64,000 bases of DNA, taken from the IMG/VR virus record IMGVR_UViG_3300031994_000020. The stretch is one strand, 5' to 3'. The DNA comes from a virus (lineage: Duplodnaviria; Caudoviricetes). Below are positions 48,779-60,694 of the stretch, piece after piece; positions within the stretch are counted from its first letter, which is position 1, and every line of letters begins with the position of its first letter. Below the pieces are notes generated by a model. The model was given only the letters and a program-made list of their open reading frames with translations, was not told the DNA's origin and did not search any database. Made by a program: the position numbers and the translations under genes.

Positions 48779-49384
48779 TTATTTAAAATAATGATCTTGT
48801 ATCTGCTTTTTAGGGTTCTTTACTGTCGTATTAAAATACAAATAAGAACTCATTTCAATATTTTCACCCTTATAAAACACACTTGTATTTCCATCCAAAA
48901 CATATTTTGCGGCATTTATGGCATCTTCAGGCAAGGTTCCCGCATCATACATTTTCAATGCCTTTGATAAACGCCCATTTGATGCAGGTCCAAATTGTCC
49001 TTTTTCATAAATCACATCTTTTATAGTGTCAGCAAAGTAAGTTTCGTGATTCACTCTGTTCAAAACTACAATCCCCACAGCTTGTTGACCAGCCTCACAC
49101 TGGTTTCCCGCCTCACTCTAAATGATAGAAGATAAATACCTTAAATCTTCTTCATCATAAATTTTCTCCATTTCAATAATTTCTTCTATTATTTCTTCCT
49201 CTTGTTCAACAATAGAACAATCTGAAACAGATACGGTATTAGTAGATACACCCTAATTCAAAATGATAGGGCTGCCATCATGCACTCCCTGATAATATCC
49301 TCTGTAATAAGACTCTCTTAAAACTATAATTGAAAGTGCTAAAATAGCTGTAATTACTAATACTGTTAAAATTTTCTTCTACAT
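48779..49384 (-). CDS. SleB/Hydrolase_2 cell wall hydrolase with N-terminal TM and 3 internal TAG
   Basis: M(TAG)KKILTVLVITAIL...YLSSII(TAG)SEAGNQ...VVLNRV...VIYEKGQF...HYF; 202 codons. Confidence 0.85.
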
Positions 49385-49475
49385 TATATAATTTCTCCCT
49401 TCTTGTATTATGGGAAGTACAAGTGATTATTTTATTTTATTTTTATCAAAGAGAAATTGTATTTTTCTGACCAAA

Positions 49476-49760
49476 TTATATTTGATAATTTGCTTTGCGA
49501 GCTTCCGCATTTATCCAATTTTTATAAAGTCTCATTTTGCTCTGATCATTCCACGACCATGTACAAAAACAAGTATCTTTACTATACATAAAATGGTCAG
49601 GCTTATATTTAGTTAACAAAAGCTCGATAAATTGCGCGGGAGATATTCCTAAAATGCGGGCGGGATGCCACCATGCACCAGAGCCTTTAGCTAAGTTATC
49701 CACACAATTAGCGTGCCATCCGCTTGTAGTTTCCCATTCAGTTGCTTTCCAAATAGCCAT
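49476..49760 (-). CDS. Hypothetical Trp-rich protein
   Basis: ORF track; all Trp encoded by TGG. Confidence 0.6.
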   Translation of the reverse strand: MAIWKATEWETTSGWHANCVDNLAKGSGAWWHPARILGISPAQFIELLLTKYKPDHFMYSKDTCFCTWSWNDQSKMRLYKNWINAEARKANYQI

Positions 49761-49775
49761 CTCCCGCGTTTCTCC

Positions 49776-50057
49776 TTATAGATTAAGTCTTTCCATTAAT
49801 GATGCAACTTCTTCTTTCTCTTCTTTTGTTATTTCTGTTGATGTAGTGTCTACTTTAGCTGTGCTTGTAGTCTGACTAGGAGCAACCCCTCCCGCATCTA
49901 CATTCACTTTCGCGCAAGTACAAGCTATTTTTATTTGTACTTCTTCCCCATTCTCTATGAAGGGAATCCTTACTTCTTTATCGTACTTAAAACTTCCTTC
50001 AAATGTATCAAGTATCTTCTTTATAATTTCTTCTTTAGCGATAGCGCCTTTAGCCAT
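49776..50057 (-). CDS. Hypothetical protein
   Basis: ORF track with promoter. Confidence 0.6.
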   Translation of the reverse strand: MAKGAIAKEEIIKKILDTFEGSFKYDKEVRIPFIENGEEVQIKIACTCAKVNVDAGGVAPSQTTSTAKVDTTSTEITKEEKEEVASLMERLNL

Positions 50058-50126
50058 TATTCTTCTTCCTTTCTTTATCTTATATAAATATTATATCATA
50101 AAATTTTTAAAAAGTCAAATGTTCCC

Positions 50127-51053
50127 TTAAAATGGCGGCGCCGGGGCCTGCTCTCCGCACATCTGTATTACACTACTATTAGTAGTAGCTGGATCATAAT
50201 ATGCTTTAAAACACTCATCGCATACACCATAATCGCCTATATCATTCTGCTCTCTAATTATTCTATCTCCTGTTTTTAACTGTTTTCCACATAGTAAACA
50301 AATATTATCAGAGAAAGAAAAACCCCAAGTATAATTTTGATTAGGTTTTGACCATGGAATATAAGTATAAGATTTCATTGTAGAACTTGCATCTAAAATC
50401 TTCCGCACTTTATCTAATGTAGCGTCTGTCCATTTACAATAAAGTCTTTCACATGGAGTATGTTCACACTTATAACCAACAGAAAGATTAACTGCCGCAA
50501 TTTTCCATGCGGGAGCTATAATACTTATATCAGAAAAAGTCCCATAATTAAACTCAAATCCAAAATCGCAGATATATTTTTCAAAATCATTATTATCACA
50601 TTCATAAAATACTGCATCATTATCATATGCTCTATCTAATTGTATAATAGCTCTACAATCAGCAAACGGACAATCTGGATAATCTGCAACTAAATGATGA
50701 GCGCCAACTCCGCCTACTTCTTCTCCTCTTGTAAAAATAATATTTGGAAAATAACCTTCTTTTAAAAGTTCCAAAATAATATAAACTCCCGCACGATCAT
50801 CAAAACCCGCACCTGAAGGACTCCATAATATTTCTTTCTCTGAGTCATAAAAAAACTCATGGGGTAACTGAGTAAAAACAGTATCAAGATGTGCTATCAA
50901 ACAGACAGGAAGGGCATTTTCATGTTCAGCTATTATATAATCTTCACTATATATAATTGTTGAATATCCTATCTCTTGTAATAATTTAATTAAATGTTCA
51001 TATAAAGTTTGTTCATTCGTTTTGCACAGCGTCTTTATCAGATTTAAATTCAT
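50127..51053 (-). CDS. M28/M20-like zinc peptidase
   Basis: AHLDTV, GFDDRAG, GEEVGG, QLDR, FSDI, GYKCEH. Confidence 0.8.
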   Translation of the reverse strand: MNLNLIKTLCKTNEQTLYEHLIKLLQEIGYSTIIYSEDYIIAEHENALPVCLIAHLDTVFTQLPHEFFYDSEKEILWSPSGAGFDDRAGVYIILELLKEGYFPNIIFTRGEEVGGVGAHHLVADYPDCPFADCRAIIQLDRAYDNDAVFYECDNNDFEKYICDFGFEFNYGTFSDISIIAPAWKIAAVNLSVGYKCEHTPCERLYCKWTDATLDKVRKILDASSTMKSYTYIPWSKPNQNYTWGFSFSDNICLLCGKQLKTGDRIIREQNDIGDYGVCDECFKAYYDPATTNSSVIQMCGEQAPAPPF

Positions 51054-51927
51054 TTACTCTATCCTTTAATTTTTTTAATATTTCTTCCGCTTCTTTAGGT
51101 GTTACTTCTGTTTTTTCTGAGAATTTATCTTTTAAAATTGAAAAATGTGCTTCTTTAAATTTCTTTGCAAATTTTTCTACCTCTGGACAATAGAAGCATT
51201 CTCCTATCATGCATCGCTTTCCACAATTTATTCTTCTTTGTCCAAAATGTGGATCAATGGCATCATTAGCTAAATCTAAATCATCTGCGGAAGATAATAA
51301 ATTTTTTAAATCGCCAAGCCATAATCTATCTTTATATACCTCATATACTACTGATTGTTGATCTGTTAAGTTAAATATCTCAAATATATCAACATATGGC
51401 TCATATTCTTCAGTATCTTCTGGTCTAATCCAAAATTTCTGAATTGCGGGGATCTCTTGACTAGTTCCGCGAGATGATTGACAAACATCAGGGAAGCATC
51501 GAACCTTGATTCCCGCATCTTTAAGAAACTGTAATGTTTTTAATTTAAAACCAAGTTCTTCAATAATATATACATCAGTAGGATTATATTTAAGTAATGT
51601 ATATAATAAATCATAATTATTTACAAAATTACTAAACATAATAGGTATATCATTATCTTTTAATATTTGTATCCAATCCTTTTGCATAAAGAAATCAAGC
51701 TGCACTACTATATTAGGGTGTTTTTCTTTTAAAGCATTTAGGTATGGAATAATATTTTCAATATATTCTATTTTTTCTATATTTATAACTGCTCTCTGCT
51801 CTTGTCTCTTTAACACTTGAGGTATAAATTCTACAATTTTATCAGAGCCAGTTTCATAATCAAAAATTACTTCGTCTATATCTTGAAAATGACGAAAGTC
51901 TCTTCTGTATTTTACCGCATATTTCAT
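51013..51927 (-). CDS. U32-peptidase-like protein
   Basis: FWIRPED motif and C-terminal RINCGKRC...CFYC cluster. Confidence 0.55.
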   Translation of the reverse strand: MKYAVKYRRDFRHFQDIDEVIFDYETGSDKIVEFIPQVLKRQEQRAVINIEKIEYIENIIPYLNALKEKHPNIVVQLDFFMQKDWIQILKDNDIPIMFSNFVNNYDLLYTLLKYNPTDVYIIEELGFKLKTLQFLKDAGIKVRCFPDVCQSSRGTSQEIPAIQKFWIRPEDTEEYEPYVDIFEIFNLTDQQSVVYEVYKDRLWLGDLKNLLSSADDLDLANDAIDPHFGQRRINCGKRCMIGECFYCPEVEKFAKKFKEAHFSILKDKFSEKTEVTPKEAEEILKKLKDRVNEFKSDKDAVQNE

Positions 51928-52034
51928 TTTATAATTCCTCCTTTATATAATTATAACATAATTTTTTTTATAACGCAAGAAAGACTCCTTTTTAAGGAGC
52001 CTTTCAAATAATCTACATTTTACTTTTATATGTA

Positions 52035-52469
52035 TTACTCTGCGTCTTCAGTCTCGGGAGCGGGACCTGCCGCATATGCTACAATCTTGCGACCTTCCTC
52101 AGTCTTAACGAATGTCTTATGAGCCTTACCAGCCTTAATGAGCTGAGCGATACGAGCTGTTACCTTACCGCGAGTAACATCCTCTCCCTCGATAGCATCA
52201 ACGATGTCAGCCACGGTCTGATACTCATCTGTAAGAGCTTCCTCTATAACCTTTGTAAGTTCATCGCCATCAGCTTTCTTCTTAGCCGCAGCTTCCTTAG
52301 CCTTTGTAGCCTTAGCATTGAGCTGCTCGATAGCGGTGTTTGCATACTCAAGGATGTCATCTGCGGTGATTTCTATACCATCAACCTCGATAGCTGCATC
52401 CTGCTCTGCAAAATAGTTAGTAATTGCTGTAAGTACCATTTTCTTTGTTTTCTTGATTTCAGTTGTCAT
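52035..52469 (-). CDS. Winged-helix-like protein, probably abundant
   Basis: QTVADIV...VTRGKVTARIAQLIKAG; biased codon usage, tandem promoters. Confidence 0.55.
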   Translation of the reverse strand: MTTEIKKTKKMVLTAITNYFAEQDAAIEVDGIEITADDILEYANTAIEQLNAKATKAKEAAAKKKADGDELTKVIEEALTDEYQTVADIVDAIEGEDVTRGKVTARIAQLIKAGKAHKTFVKTEEGRKIVAYAAGPAPETEDAE

Positions 52470-52622
52470 AATAATTTTCTCCTTTAATATTGTGTTTTAG
52501 TTTTTTATTTACTTTACTTTATGTATTTATTATATCATATTTTTTTAGGAAAGTCAAATTTTTTATTTTCCTTATTTTATTTTCCTTTCCTTACTTTCTA
52601 TAAATATTATAGCATAATTTTT

Positions 52623-54500
52623 TTAATATGTCAAAAATTTTATTTCATCAATTATTTTAGATGATTGACTTCTATTGAGCTTATATACATCTTCTGATGC
52701 ATATAATGATGTAAACATGTCTTTATTACTATTCTTCAAATTTATATATCTAAATTTCTCAACGTCATTAAATGACTTTGCACCTGGATTAAAAAATTCT
52801 ATTTTTATCTTTCTTTGAGTACCGAATTCATCTTTTTCAACAGTGCCAATTTGAAGAGCACCTTCTTCTTTTAGATGCTTTCCACATTCTTTACATATAT
52901 AAAGAGACTCTGCATTATCTTTATATAATTTTTCTGCTTTTTCTTGTCTTATTTCAACTCCGGATACACACCTAAAAAAATTATTTAAAGATAGCATTTC
53001 TGAATCTTTAATTAAATAAGGCGCGGTTCTAGTAATATATACATTATCAAAATCTTCTACCCATATAGAAGCTCCACAACAAGGGCAGATTTTAGCATAT
53101 CTTTCATAGCATTTTGAACATACTCTTATTTTTTTATCATCTACTATAATGTATTTATAATCTCGTAAAGGAGTTCCAGTGGAACAGCAGTGGCAAGTAA
53201 AATCCCTTGCACAAGATTCGCAAACTACAGATCCTGTATTTGCAAATCTATCATTATAATTAGGATAATCATAATCACAATCCCAAGTAATAATTTCTCC
53301 ATTGCATCTTACGCAATTACATTTTCCACTTACAGAGATAACTTTATTGCCTGTTACCTTATTTCTAACACACCAATATTCATAATCATTGTCATTAAGC
53401 ATATCATTATACATACCTTTAGTATCCCATATAATATTATGCTTATTTCCACCAAATCTAGCCCAATTTTTATTACGATCCATTCTATTAAAAGAGTTTA
53501 TATGGATCATATCCTTGTATCTCTCAATACCATATTTATATTCCCAATTTAAATTTTCTTTTGCCAGCTCCCGCGCAAAAGTAAGCAGTTCTTTACTAAC
53601 TTTTTCATTATAATAAGGATATGATTTACCTGTCATAATAATGTTTTTATTGGTATAAACTAACTGCCGCCATTTTTTATTATTCCAAGTTCTTTCTGCG
53701 GGATCTGATATATTTATGTTTTCACCTGAAGTACGATTTGCCTTGGTTATAAAATCCCATTCATCATTACCTTTTGAAGACATAATATATCCGCAAAGGA
53801 CATTATTAGAGTTCATCATTTCGACGGTCCCTACATGGTAGCATCCTTTTTCAATCCAAGACATACAAGAGGTCCAAGAGAGACCATTATCACTCATTGT
53901 CATATAATCAAGAGGATGTATAGAAAGACATAATTTCCCCTTAATTATTTTATCATTGAGAACTCTTGAATGAGCAAGTCTAAATTCTTCAAAATATTCA
54001 GGATGCCAATCCCATTCCTTATCAAAATAATTGATAATTTTCTGAAGTGCTTTCATAGGTTTCGTCCCTATAGGGATCTGAAGCATCTTTGCGAAAGGAT
54101 TTTTTCTATATTTTATTCCATAAGCTATCTTATCAGTAACAAAATTTTCTACGTCTGTTAAATGATTAAAGAAACGAACATCTTCATCAGAAAAAGACTT
54201 GGACTCTTTTACAAAATTCCAATAAAAACTCTTATAATCACTTCTAAAAGCACTTTCAAAATAGAGGTTATACATTTCCTGCTTAATAGCATCTAAAGGC
54301 TTTTCATAAAGATAGTCTTTTTCTGCAATTAATTTGTTACCAAGTAACTTATATAACTTCTGATTAGAATGACTCCACTGTTCAAGCCACTTCTCTAATC
54401 CAATAAAATTCTTCTTATTAATACTTGTAGTAAAAATATAGTTTTCTATTTTCTTCTTATCAACATCAGATAACTTGTCTATTAAATTAATATAAGCCAT
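52623..54500 (-). CDS. Large hypothetical protein with C-terminal Zn ribbons
   Basis: LSIHPLDYMTMSDN..SWTSCM motif, multiple CxxC. Confidence 0.7.
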   Translation of the reverse strand: MAYINLIDKLSDVDKKKIENYIFTTSINKKNFIGLEKWLEQWSHSNQKLYKLLGNKLIAEKDYLYEKPLDAIKQEMYNLYFESAFRSDYKSFYWNFVKESKSFSDEDVRFFNHLTDVENFVTDKIAYGIKYRKNPFAKMLQIPIGTKPMKALQKIINYFDKEWDWHPEYFEEFRLAHSRVLNDKIIKGKLCLSIHPLDYMTMSDNGLSWTSCMSWIEKGCYHVGTVEMMNSNNVLCGYIMSSKGNDEWDFITKANRTSGENINISDPAERTWNNKKWRQLVYTNKNIIMTGKSYPYYNEKVSKELLTFARELAKENLNWEYKYGIERYKDMIHINSFNRMDRNKNWARFGGNKHNIIWDTKGMYNDMLNDNDYEYWCVRNKVTGNKVISVSGKCNCVRCNGEIITWDCDYDYPNYNDRFANTGSVVCESCARDFTCHCCSTGTPLRDYKYIIVDDKKIRVCSKCYERYAKICPCCGASIWVEDFDNVYITRTAPYLIKDSEMLSLNNFFRCVSGVEIRQEKAEKLYKDNAESLYICKECGKHLKEEGALQIGTVEKDEFGTQRKIKIEFFNPGAKSFNDVEKFRYINLKNSNKDMFTSLYASEDVYKLNRSQSSKIIDEIKFLTY

Positions 54501-54744
54501 TATGTTTCCTCCGATAATAGTCTTCAATATTTTTATTTAGTATTCTTACATCTTCATCAAGTAAATCATCTTCATTTATATCAAGTTCCCGCAATACTTT
54601 AGATATAACAACATTAGGATCATATCCTTTATCTATATATTTGCGGAATTCCTTTATTAATCTGTCCCTGGCTGCCGCGGACGAAATCGCCATTGACTGG
54701 AAACCATTGCCAGGGTCCAAATTCATAAAATCTACATTAAACAT
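54487..54744 (-). CDS. Hypothetical protein
   Basis: Likely start MFNVDF after RBS. Confidence 0.55.
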   Translation of the reverse strand: MFNVDFMNLDPGNGFQSMAISSAAARDRLIKEFRKYIDKGYDPNVVISKVLRELDINEDDLLDEDVRILNKNIEDYYRRKHNGLY

Positions 54745-54824
54745 AATATTTCCCCTTTTTTCATTTTCTATAAATATTATATCATATTTTTTTATAAAAG
54801 TCAAAGTGGCTTAGCAAAGCCACT

Positions 54825-55700
54825 TTAAACTCTCTTTACTCTTGTTATTATTGTTACTTTTTCATCGTTATAGGTGTCATGAGATTTAATTGAAGCATCA
54901 ATATCTATCTCTTCACCCTCTTCCGCGGGAAATATTGAAGTTGTGAACCATGTAAGTTTATTTCCTTCAGGGGTCTCAAATTTGTATATATTGGTATAAC
55001 CCCATCTACCTTCAAACCCGCCTTTTCCTTTGACTATAACATGAGTAGGACCAAGTTTCTTTCCCTCATTTCCTATCCATTCGGAATTAGAAGGCTCTTC
55101 TTTCTCTTTAAGTAATGACTGGATAATATTATATGCGCCTTCTTTATATACACCCTTACCCCAAGCGGTAAATGTGAATATCTGGTCAACATGGACTTTA
55201 ATAACTCTATCTTCATAACCTGCGGGATCCGCCTTGTGCCACAAAAGGATTGTATCAAATTTCCAACCGGCATGCTTCAGTTCCTCTCTAATCGAATAAG
55301 AGTCACCTGTGATGATATAAGTAAATCCATCCTCATTAAACTCGTTTTTGTTGAGCCAATCTTCTTTATTCTTTGCAAAACTTGCTTCTATTTCTTCCTG
55401 ACGCTTTGCCTCTCTTCTTTCTCTGGCTCTTTTATTGGCTCTATCCATTTTTTCTCTTTCTTCGGGAGTATAGAGTCTTACTTCGTCATAAAGCCATCCC
55501 GCACCCATGCATTTAAGACATACTCCACCATATGCGGGATGTGGTTTTATCTGTCCATTCTCAACGCCGCATGCGAATACGCCATTCACGCATCTATCAC
55601 ACTTCTCTTTAATGCGGACATAGAGCTTGCCTTCCCGCTCGAAAGGTTTACTTATTCTTTCAGCATTTTCATATTTCTTTGCTGTTACATATTTATCCAT
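54825..55700 (-). CDS. Hypothetical protein with Zn finger and C-terminal OB-like domain
   Basis: CDRC...CLKCMGAG; C-terminal WFTTS...IKSH..Y...TIITR. Confidence 0.65.
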   Translation of the reverse strand: MDKYVTAKKYENAERISKPFEREGKLYVRIKEKCDRCVNGVFACGVENGQIKPHPAYGGVCLKCMGAGWLYDEVRLYTPEEREKMDRANKRARERREAKRQEEIEASFAKNKEDWLNKNEFNEDGFTYIITGDSYSIREELKHAGWKFDTILLWHKADPAGYEDRVIKVHVDQIFTFTAWGKGVYKEGAYNIIQSLLKEKEEPSNSEWIGNEGKKLGPTHVIVKGKGGFEGRWGYTNIYKFETPEGNKLTWFTTSIFPAEEGEEIDIDASIKSHDTYNDEKVTIITRVKRV

Positions 55701-55931
55701 TATTATACCTCTCTCCACTCCTCTGCATAATCTACAATCATCCAATTACCATTGCAAGTTCCTATTTCACCGAATTTCACATCATCTGTAATAATCATTT
55801 TTTTCTCTCCTGTTAAGAGATTTCTCAAGAAGTAGTACCGTATATATATCATTTCTACAACACCTTCTTTCTTTATCTTATATAAATATTATATCATAAA
55901 ATTTTTAATAAGTCAAAAAAGAAGGATGGTA

Positions 55932-58900
55932 TCAGAATAGATACCATCCTTTCTTATTTAATGCCTTTATTATAAGTACGCTTACGATAATTAATAATAT
56001 AAGTCCAAACTGAATGATTATAGGTGATAATACCCAAAACCATGACCAACTTATAACACCGGTAAGTTTAAGTATAACAAAAAGCATTGATAATACTACA
56101 CCAAATGAAAAATCAATCTTTATATTCATAATTTTCTCCTTTAACTTAATTTTTTTCCACAATTAGGACAATAGTTACTCCTTTGAGACCACTTCATTTT
56201 AGAAATACAGTATGGACAAACTGCATTATCTTCTACATCACCATCTCCCGCACTATGCTCCCTTAACCATAAACTATTAGGCGTGCGATAATCTCTCTGC
56301 ATCCATGCGAGCATTTTATCAGGAGATAAAAATACTTCTCCTATGTCAAAACCAAAAAGTTCTTTAAATTTTTCCCTATTTGTCATTCTTACTCTCCATT
56401 ATTCATTTTTCTACTCTTCGTTACTTTCTCTATCTCTTTTTTCTTTGCGTACTTCATAAATGAGATACTTAATACCCTCATTGCAGAAAGCTTCCTCTAT
56501 AATATCTAATTCTTCATTTGTAAAATCACTAAATCTTGTCATTTTTTTACATCCACTTCATTAACACTTTCGTCTTTTATAATAGGTGAAATGATAGAAT
56601 ATAGTTGTTTTTCATAACATTCCTCTGTGCAAAGAATATGAGGTATTTGATCTACATAGACCTTAATTGGCCTGTCATTGAATAGACTCCAAGCTTCTGC
56701 GCTACTTAAAACAATAAACTTAGTCATTCTTCTACCTCACATATTTTCAGCCCCTATCGGGCTTGTATTGTATGGCTCTGGTAATGGCATCCATGCTACT
56801 ACTTTTTCTTCAACAGCGCCATCTTTAAATGCATCAAAATCATTTGTTCCATATAATCCATAATAGTCATCTGTGACGTATTTGTCATCAAGACTTACTA
56901 ATACATGAGACTCTAGTTCTGGCGGATGCTCTGATATCGGAATCCAGCTTGTCTGCTCCCTCAATCGCTTGTAGTCTTTCAACCATTCGGCAAGCTGTCT
57001 ATATTCTTCGGCACATTTTCTACATTGTATGCTTTCAAGGCAGTTTTTATCAAACCATTCATTCTTTTCCGCAACTTCCTCTGCGTATTTAATTGCTTCA
57101 TCAAGTGTCATCTTTTTACCTCCTGCATCTTTGCACCACAGTGTGGACAGTATTTGCATAATGGGATGCTATCCTTTTTATCTTTGCTAACGCACTCCAC
57201 AATAACGCTCTTGCACTCTGAGCAACACCAGTCTCCCAATAATCTAGTATTAGGGTTATACGGTACCCATTCCCAATGTCCCATCATTTCATTCCTCACT
57301 TTCTGCTTTACTGCCCTCCACCCTATACCTGTCGATAATTTCAAACACATCATCGGGATCAAGACGTGGTATTCTTACTTCATCTGTCCCATCACAACTA
57401 ACAATAGCATCTTCCCAAACAGCCTGTTCTATCTCGGCTCTTATTTTGTCAAGTACATCTACGCTTATCAATTTACCAACTATTTTTTTTGGTTGAATAA
57501 AATCTATTTCCTTCATTCCTTTCCTCACTTTCGGCCTGTCCCCTAATATAGCGGGCAATCTGCGCCGCCGCCATCTGTAAACCTTCAATTCTCCCATTTT
57601 CCTTTGCTATTTTTATCCTGCAATCGGTTACATCATTATTAGTCTGTTCTGTCAGATATATCAACAGCTTATCTCTATCTTCTTTTGTCATTATTTATCC
57701 CTCGCTTTCCATCTTTGCTCCACAGTTAGGGCAATAATTTCTGAAACTGTCATATCCGTATTGTATCTCGCCACATTCAGAACATTCTTGACCACTTCCT
57801 GTGTCTCGCCAATGCCCTATCTTCTGCTCTATTGCATCTTGCTCTATTGTTTCAATGATCTTTTTTATTAACGGTTTGTAATAAAACGGTATATTCTCAG
57901 CCTTTAACAGATTATTCAAGTCGCTAATTGCACCACCTAATGTCATTCAATTACCCTCTTTCAGCGTTTTATTGCATTTTCAATCTCTGTTAAACGGATT
58001 CTTATATCCCATAACTTATCCATAATAGAAAAGCCTGCCATTAAAATTGCGTATGCAATTATAACCCCATCTGACACATTTGCTCTTTTTAAGACAAATA
58101 TTGATATAAAACCTATAACTATTATCGTCATTCAATTACCCTCTTTCTCTATACTATTTTCTGATACTGCTATTTTTTCATATCCAAACTCATGTGGTAC
58201 AGTTATGAAAAGAGCTATTATAACGCTCAAGAACACAAGTACACATATGAAACCAAGATGATATTCTTCATCTCTCCAAACTACACTGAGCATAAGTGAA
58301 GTTCCAATAAGGATAAGAGATATAAAAATAGCTAAACCGAAAACTGTAAAAACTGTCATTCTTCTTCCTCCATTTTTGCTCCACAGCTAGGGCAATATCT
58401 GAACAACATATACCGATTATCTTCAAAACCACATTCTGAACAACGCACCACTGATGTTACCCCATTTTCACCAATAGTTTTAATCCACCGCCCTGTCTTC
58501 GGCTCTTGCTTGATGGATGGTAATCTATCTATGCGGTCATATAAGTATTTCGTAGCGTTGCTATACTTGTATTCGCCATAAGTTATCCACTTTTCCAATT
58601 CAATGTGCATTGCCTGTCTGCTGATAGCATCCTCACAAGGCTCTTGCTCTTTGTTTGTCATACTTCCTCACTCTCCTTATCTGCTTCTATGATTGGCTCA
58701 ATAACAGATAAATCATATTTAGTAATCTCCATTGAATTACCATCCCAAAACATATCAATCAATGTTTCTATATCCACAATATCCCCGTGTCCTTTTGGAA
58801 GTGGTGTGCCGTTTAAAATTGCATTATACGATCCGTCTTTGTTATGTGATTTAAGATACTCATAATCTTCTTCGGGTATCTTAATAACTAACTCTATATC

Positions 58901-59421
58901 TGCCATATCATCCCTCACTTTCTTTATCTGCTTCTATGATTGGCAGCGCTGTATCTAGACACATACTTAATCTGTCCAGAAGTTCTTTATATGTTGGCTT
59001 ATTGGAATAAGACTCTAATTCTTTCCAAATACCATAAAATCTGTCGTTTATTTTATCCCTATCCACTAAATCTCCGTGTCCTTTAGGAAGCTGCTTGCCA
59101 CTCTCTATGTATCCTCTTAATTTGAATATATCAATATAAACAAGTCTTTTATATTCTTCTTTCGGTATATCAATTACTATCTGCATCTTTTCTTCCATTT
59201 TATTTATTCTTTTCTGCTATTGTTTCTATCTGTTTAAATGCATTCTTCAGCATTTTTATTCTTTCTTCGAGTTTTCTGTATTCACGTAACGGAACACAAA
59301 TGTCATAACCATCTTCGTCACTGTTATCTAATCCAAATTTCTCAGCCACTATTAAATCAGATGACTGTTTCCATTTTCTGATTTCATCATTTTTATCTAC
59401 ATAAATAACCGTATATATCAT
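55932..59421 (-). other. Array of about 14 small, translationally coupled early-type genes (Zn-ribbon, DUF551-like and membrane proteins)
   Basis: Repeated CSECG...YCPxCGAKM and IPxExY...LPKGHGD modules; WIPISEHPP...VVAWMPLPEPY. Confidence 0.75.
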
Positions 59422-59452
59422 TTTATTTTTATCTTCCTTAAAATATTATTTT

Positions 59453-59998
59453 TTATTTTATTGACTTTATCTTCGCATAGATATCACAGTATGTTCTATC
59501 GAAGCAATCATCTACTTTTTCAATAAACCACGGTTTATCTACTATTTCACGAAAATAATAAGACCAATTAGGACCGCCTATTCGAGAATGGATATATAAT
59601 ATATCATCTCGTCCAACATATTTATTCCATGTTTCATACTGTGAAGCTATACGCTTCTTTCTATTGTGAATAGCAAGCTTTAATCTTTTTCTCTTCCACC
59701 CATGTATGCGTTCCCATCTTACTTTTATTGGATCATGATCTTTATATTCCATAAAGAAATGTTTAAGATATTTAGTGTAATCATCGCTAATCCAATATTC
59801 AGGATGATTAGACCAAAATGGTGTAGCTTCGCATAAATCTTCGACACATTCTATATCTATATCCGTAAACATACCCGAATAGTCTATATGCTCTTCATTT
59901 TTCATAAGTCTATATCCACGCAAACGTGGAACTTCTATATTATTTTCCTTTGCGATTTCATCCAAATCATTAATTTGTATATAAGCTTCTAAATCCAT
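59453..59998 (-). CDS. Hypothetical phage protein
   Basis: ORF track (PRLRGYRLM, HSRIGG, TYCDIYAKI). Confidence 0.65.
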   Translation of the reverse strand: MDLEAYIQINDLDEIAKENNIEVPRLRGYRLMKNEEHIDYSGMFTDIDIECVEDLCEATPFWSNHPEYWISDDYTKYLKHFFMEYKDHDPIKVRWERIHGWKRKRLKLAIHNRKKRIASQYETWNKYVGRDDILYIHSRIGGPNWSYYFREIVDKPWFIEKVDDCFDRTYCDIYAKIKSIK

Positions 59999-60193
59999 AT
60001 TTTTATCCTATTTTACTTATTTATATAATTTTACTTTTTTACACTTGCATCTGCCGCATTATGATAAACTTTCTTTGAATGCCCGCATCTTGTGCAAATC
60101 TCAATATAATAAAGTCTATTATTTTCTACTCTAAAATATTTATGCCCAAATAATTTACATATAGGATTATCTTTTACAAACATAATTTTCTCC

Positions 60194-60694
60194 TTAATAA
60201 TTCTGAGCCACTTTAAGCGCAGCTCCGCAACATTTGCTACGATACATTTGAGGGTATTTAACAACATTTCCTGCCTTATAATAACAAGTTGCTATTTTTC
60301 CACATTCCGCACAACTTACTACATATTTATACTGGTTAGGAGTATCTGCTCTTTTACCCGAAGCACAACGGTTTCCCGCAATTCCCAACTTCTGACATTT
60401 CGCTTTGAAATAAGAGTCATGACCATGTTTCTGAAGTGTATCAATAGCAACAAGAGCATGAGCACATTCGTGAATTATTGTTTCGTCTATTTCCTTTTCG
60501 TCTCCTGACTCAAGCAATGCGCGGGAGATCTCTATCTTTGTAGGAGCTACCATTGTACCAACCGATACATAGTGGCATCTCCCAAGGGTCGCCCGCAAAC
60601 GACCATTAATTTTAACTTCAATATTTTTAAATTCCTTGCCATCTGCCGCGAATATCTCTCTGCATCTATCATATATCTGTTTTTCAGTCATCAT
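60194..60694 (-). CDS. SprT-like zinc metalloprotein
   Basis: GRLRATLG, IIHECAH, HGH..F, CAECG. Confidence 0.85.
   Translation of the reverse strand: MMTEKQIYDRCREIFAADGKEFKNIEVKINGRLRATLGRCHYVSVGTMVAPTKIEISRALLESGDEKEIDETIIHECAHALVAIDTLQKHGHDSYFKAKCQKLGIAGNRCASGKRADTPNQYKYVVSCAECGKIATCYYKAGNVVKYPQMYRSKCCGAALKVAQNY

Noticed and set aside
6684-49384. TAG-interrupted genes as pseudogenes or G-to-A sequencing errors
   Set aside because: The interruptions are TAG only, with no frameshifts or TGA, they affect essential lysis genes, and a matching CUA tRNA is present.
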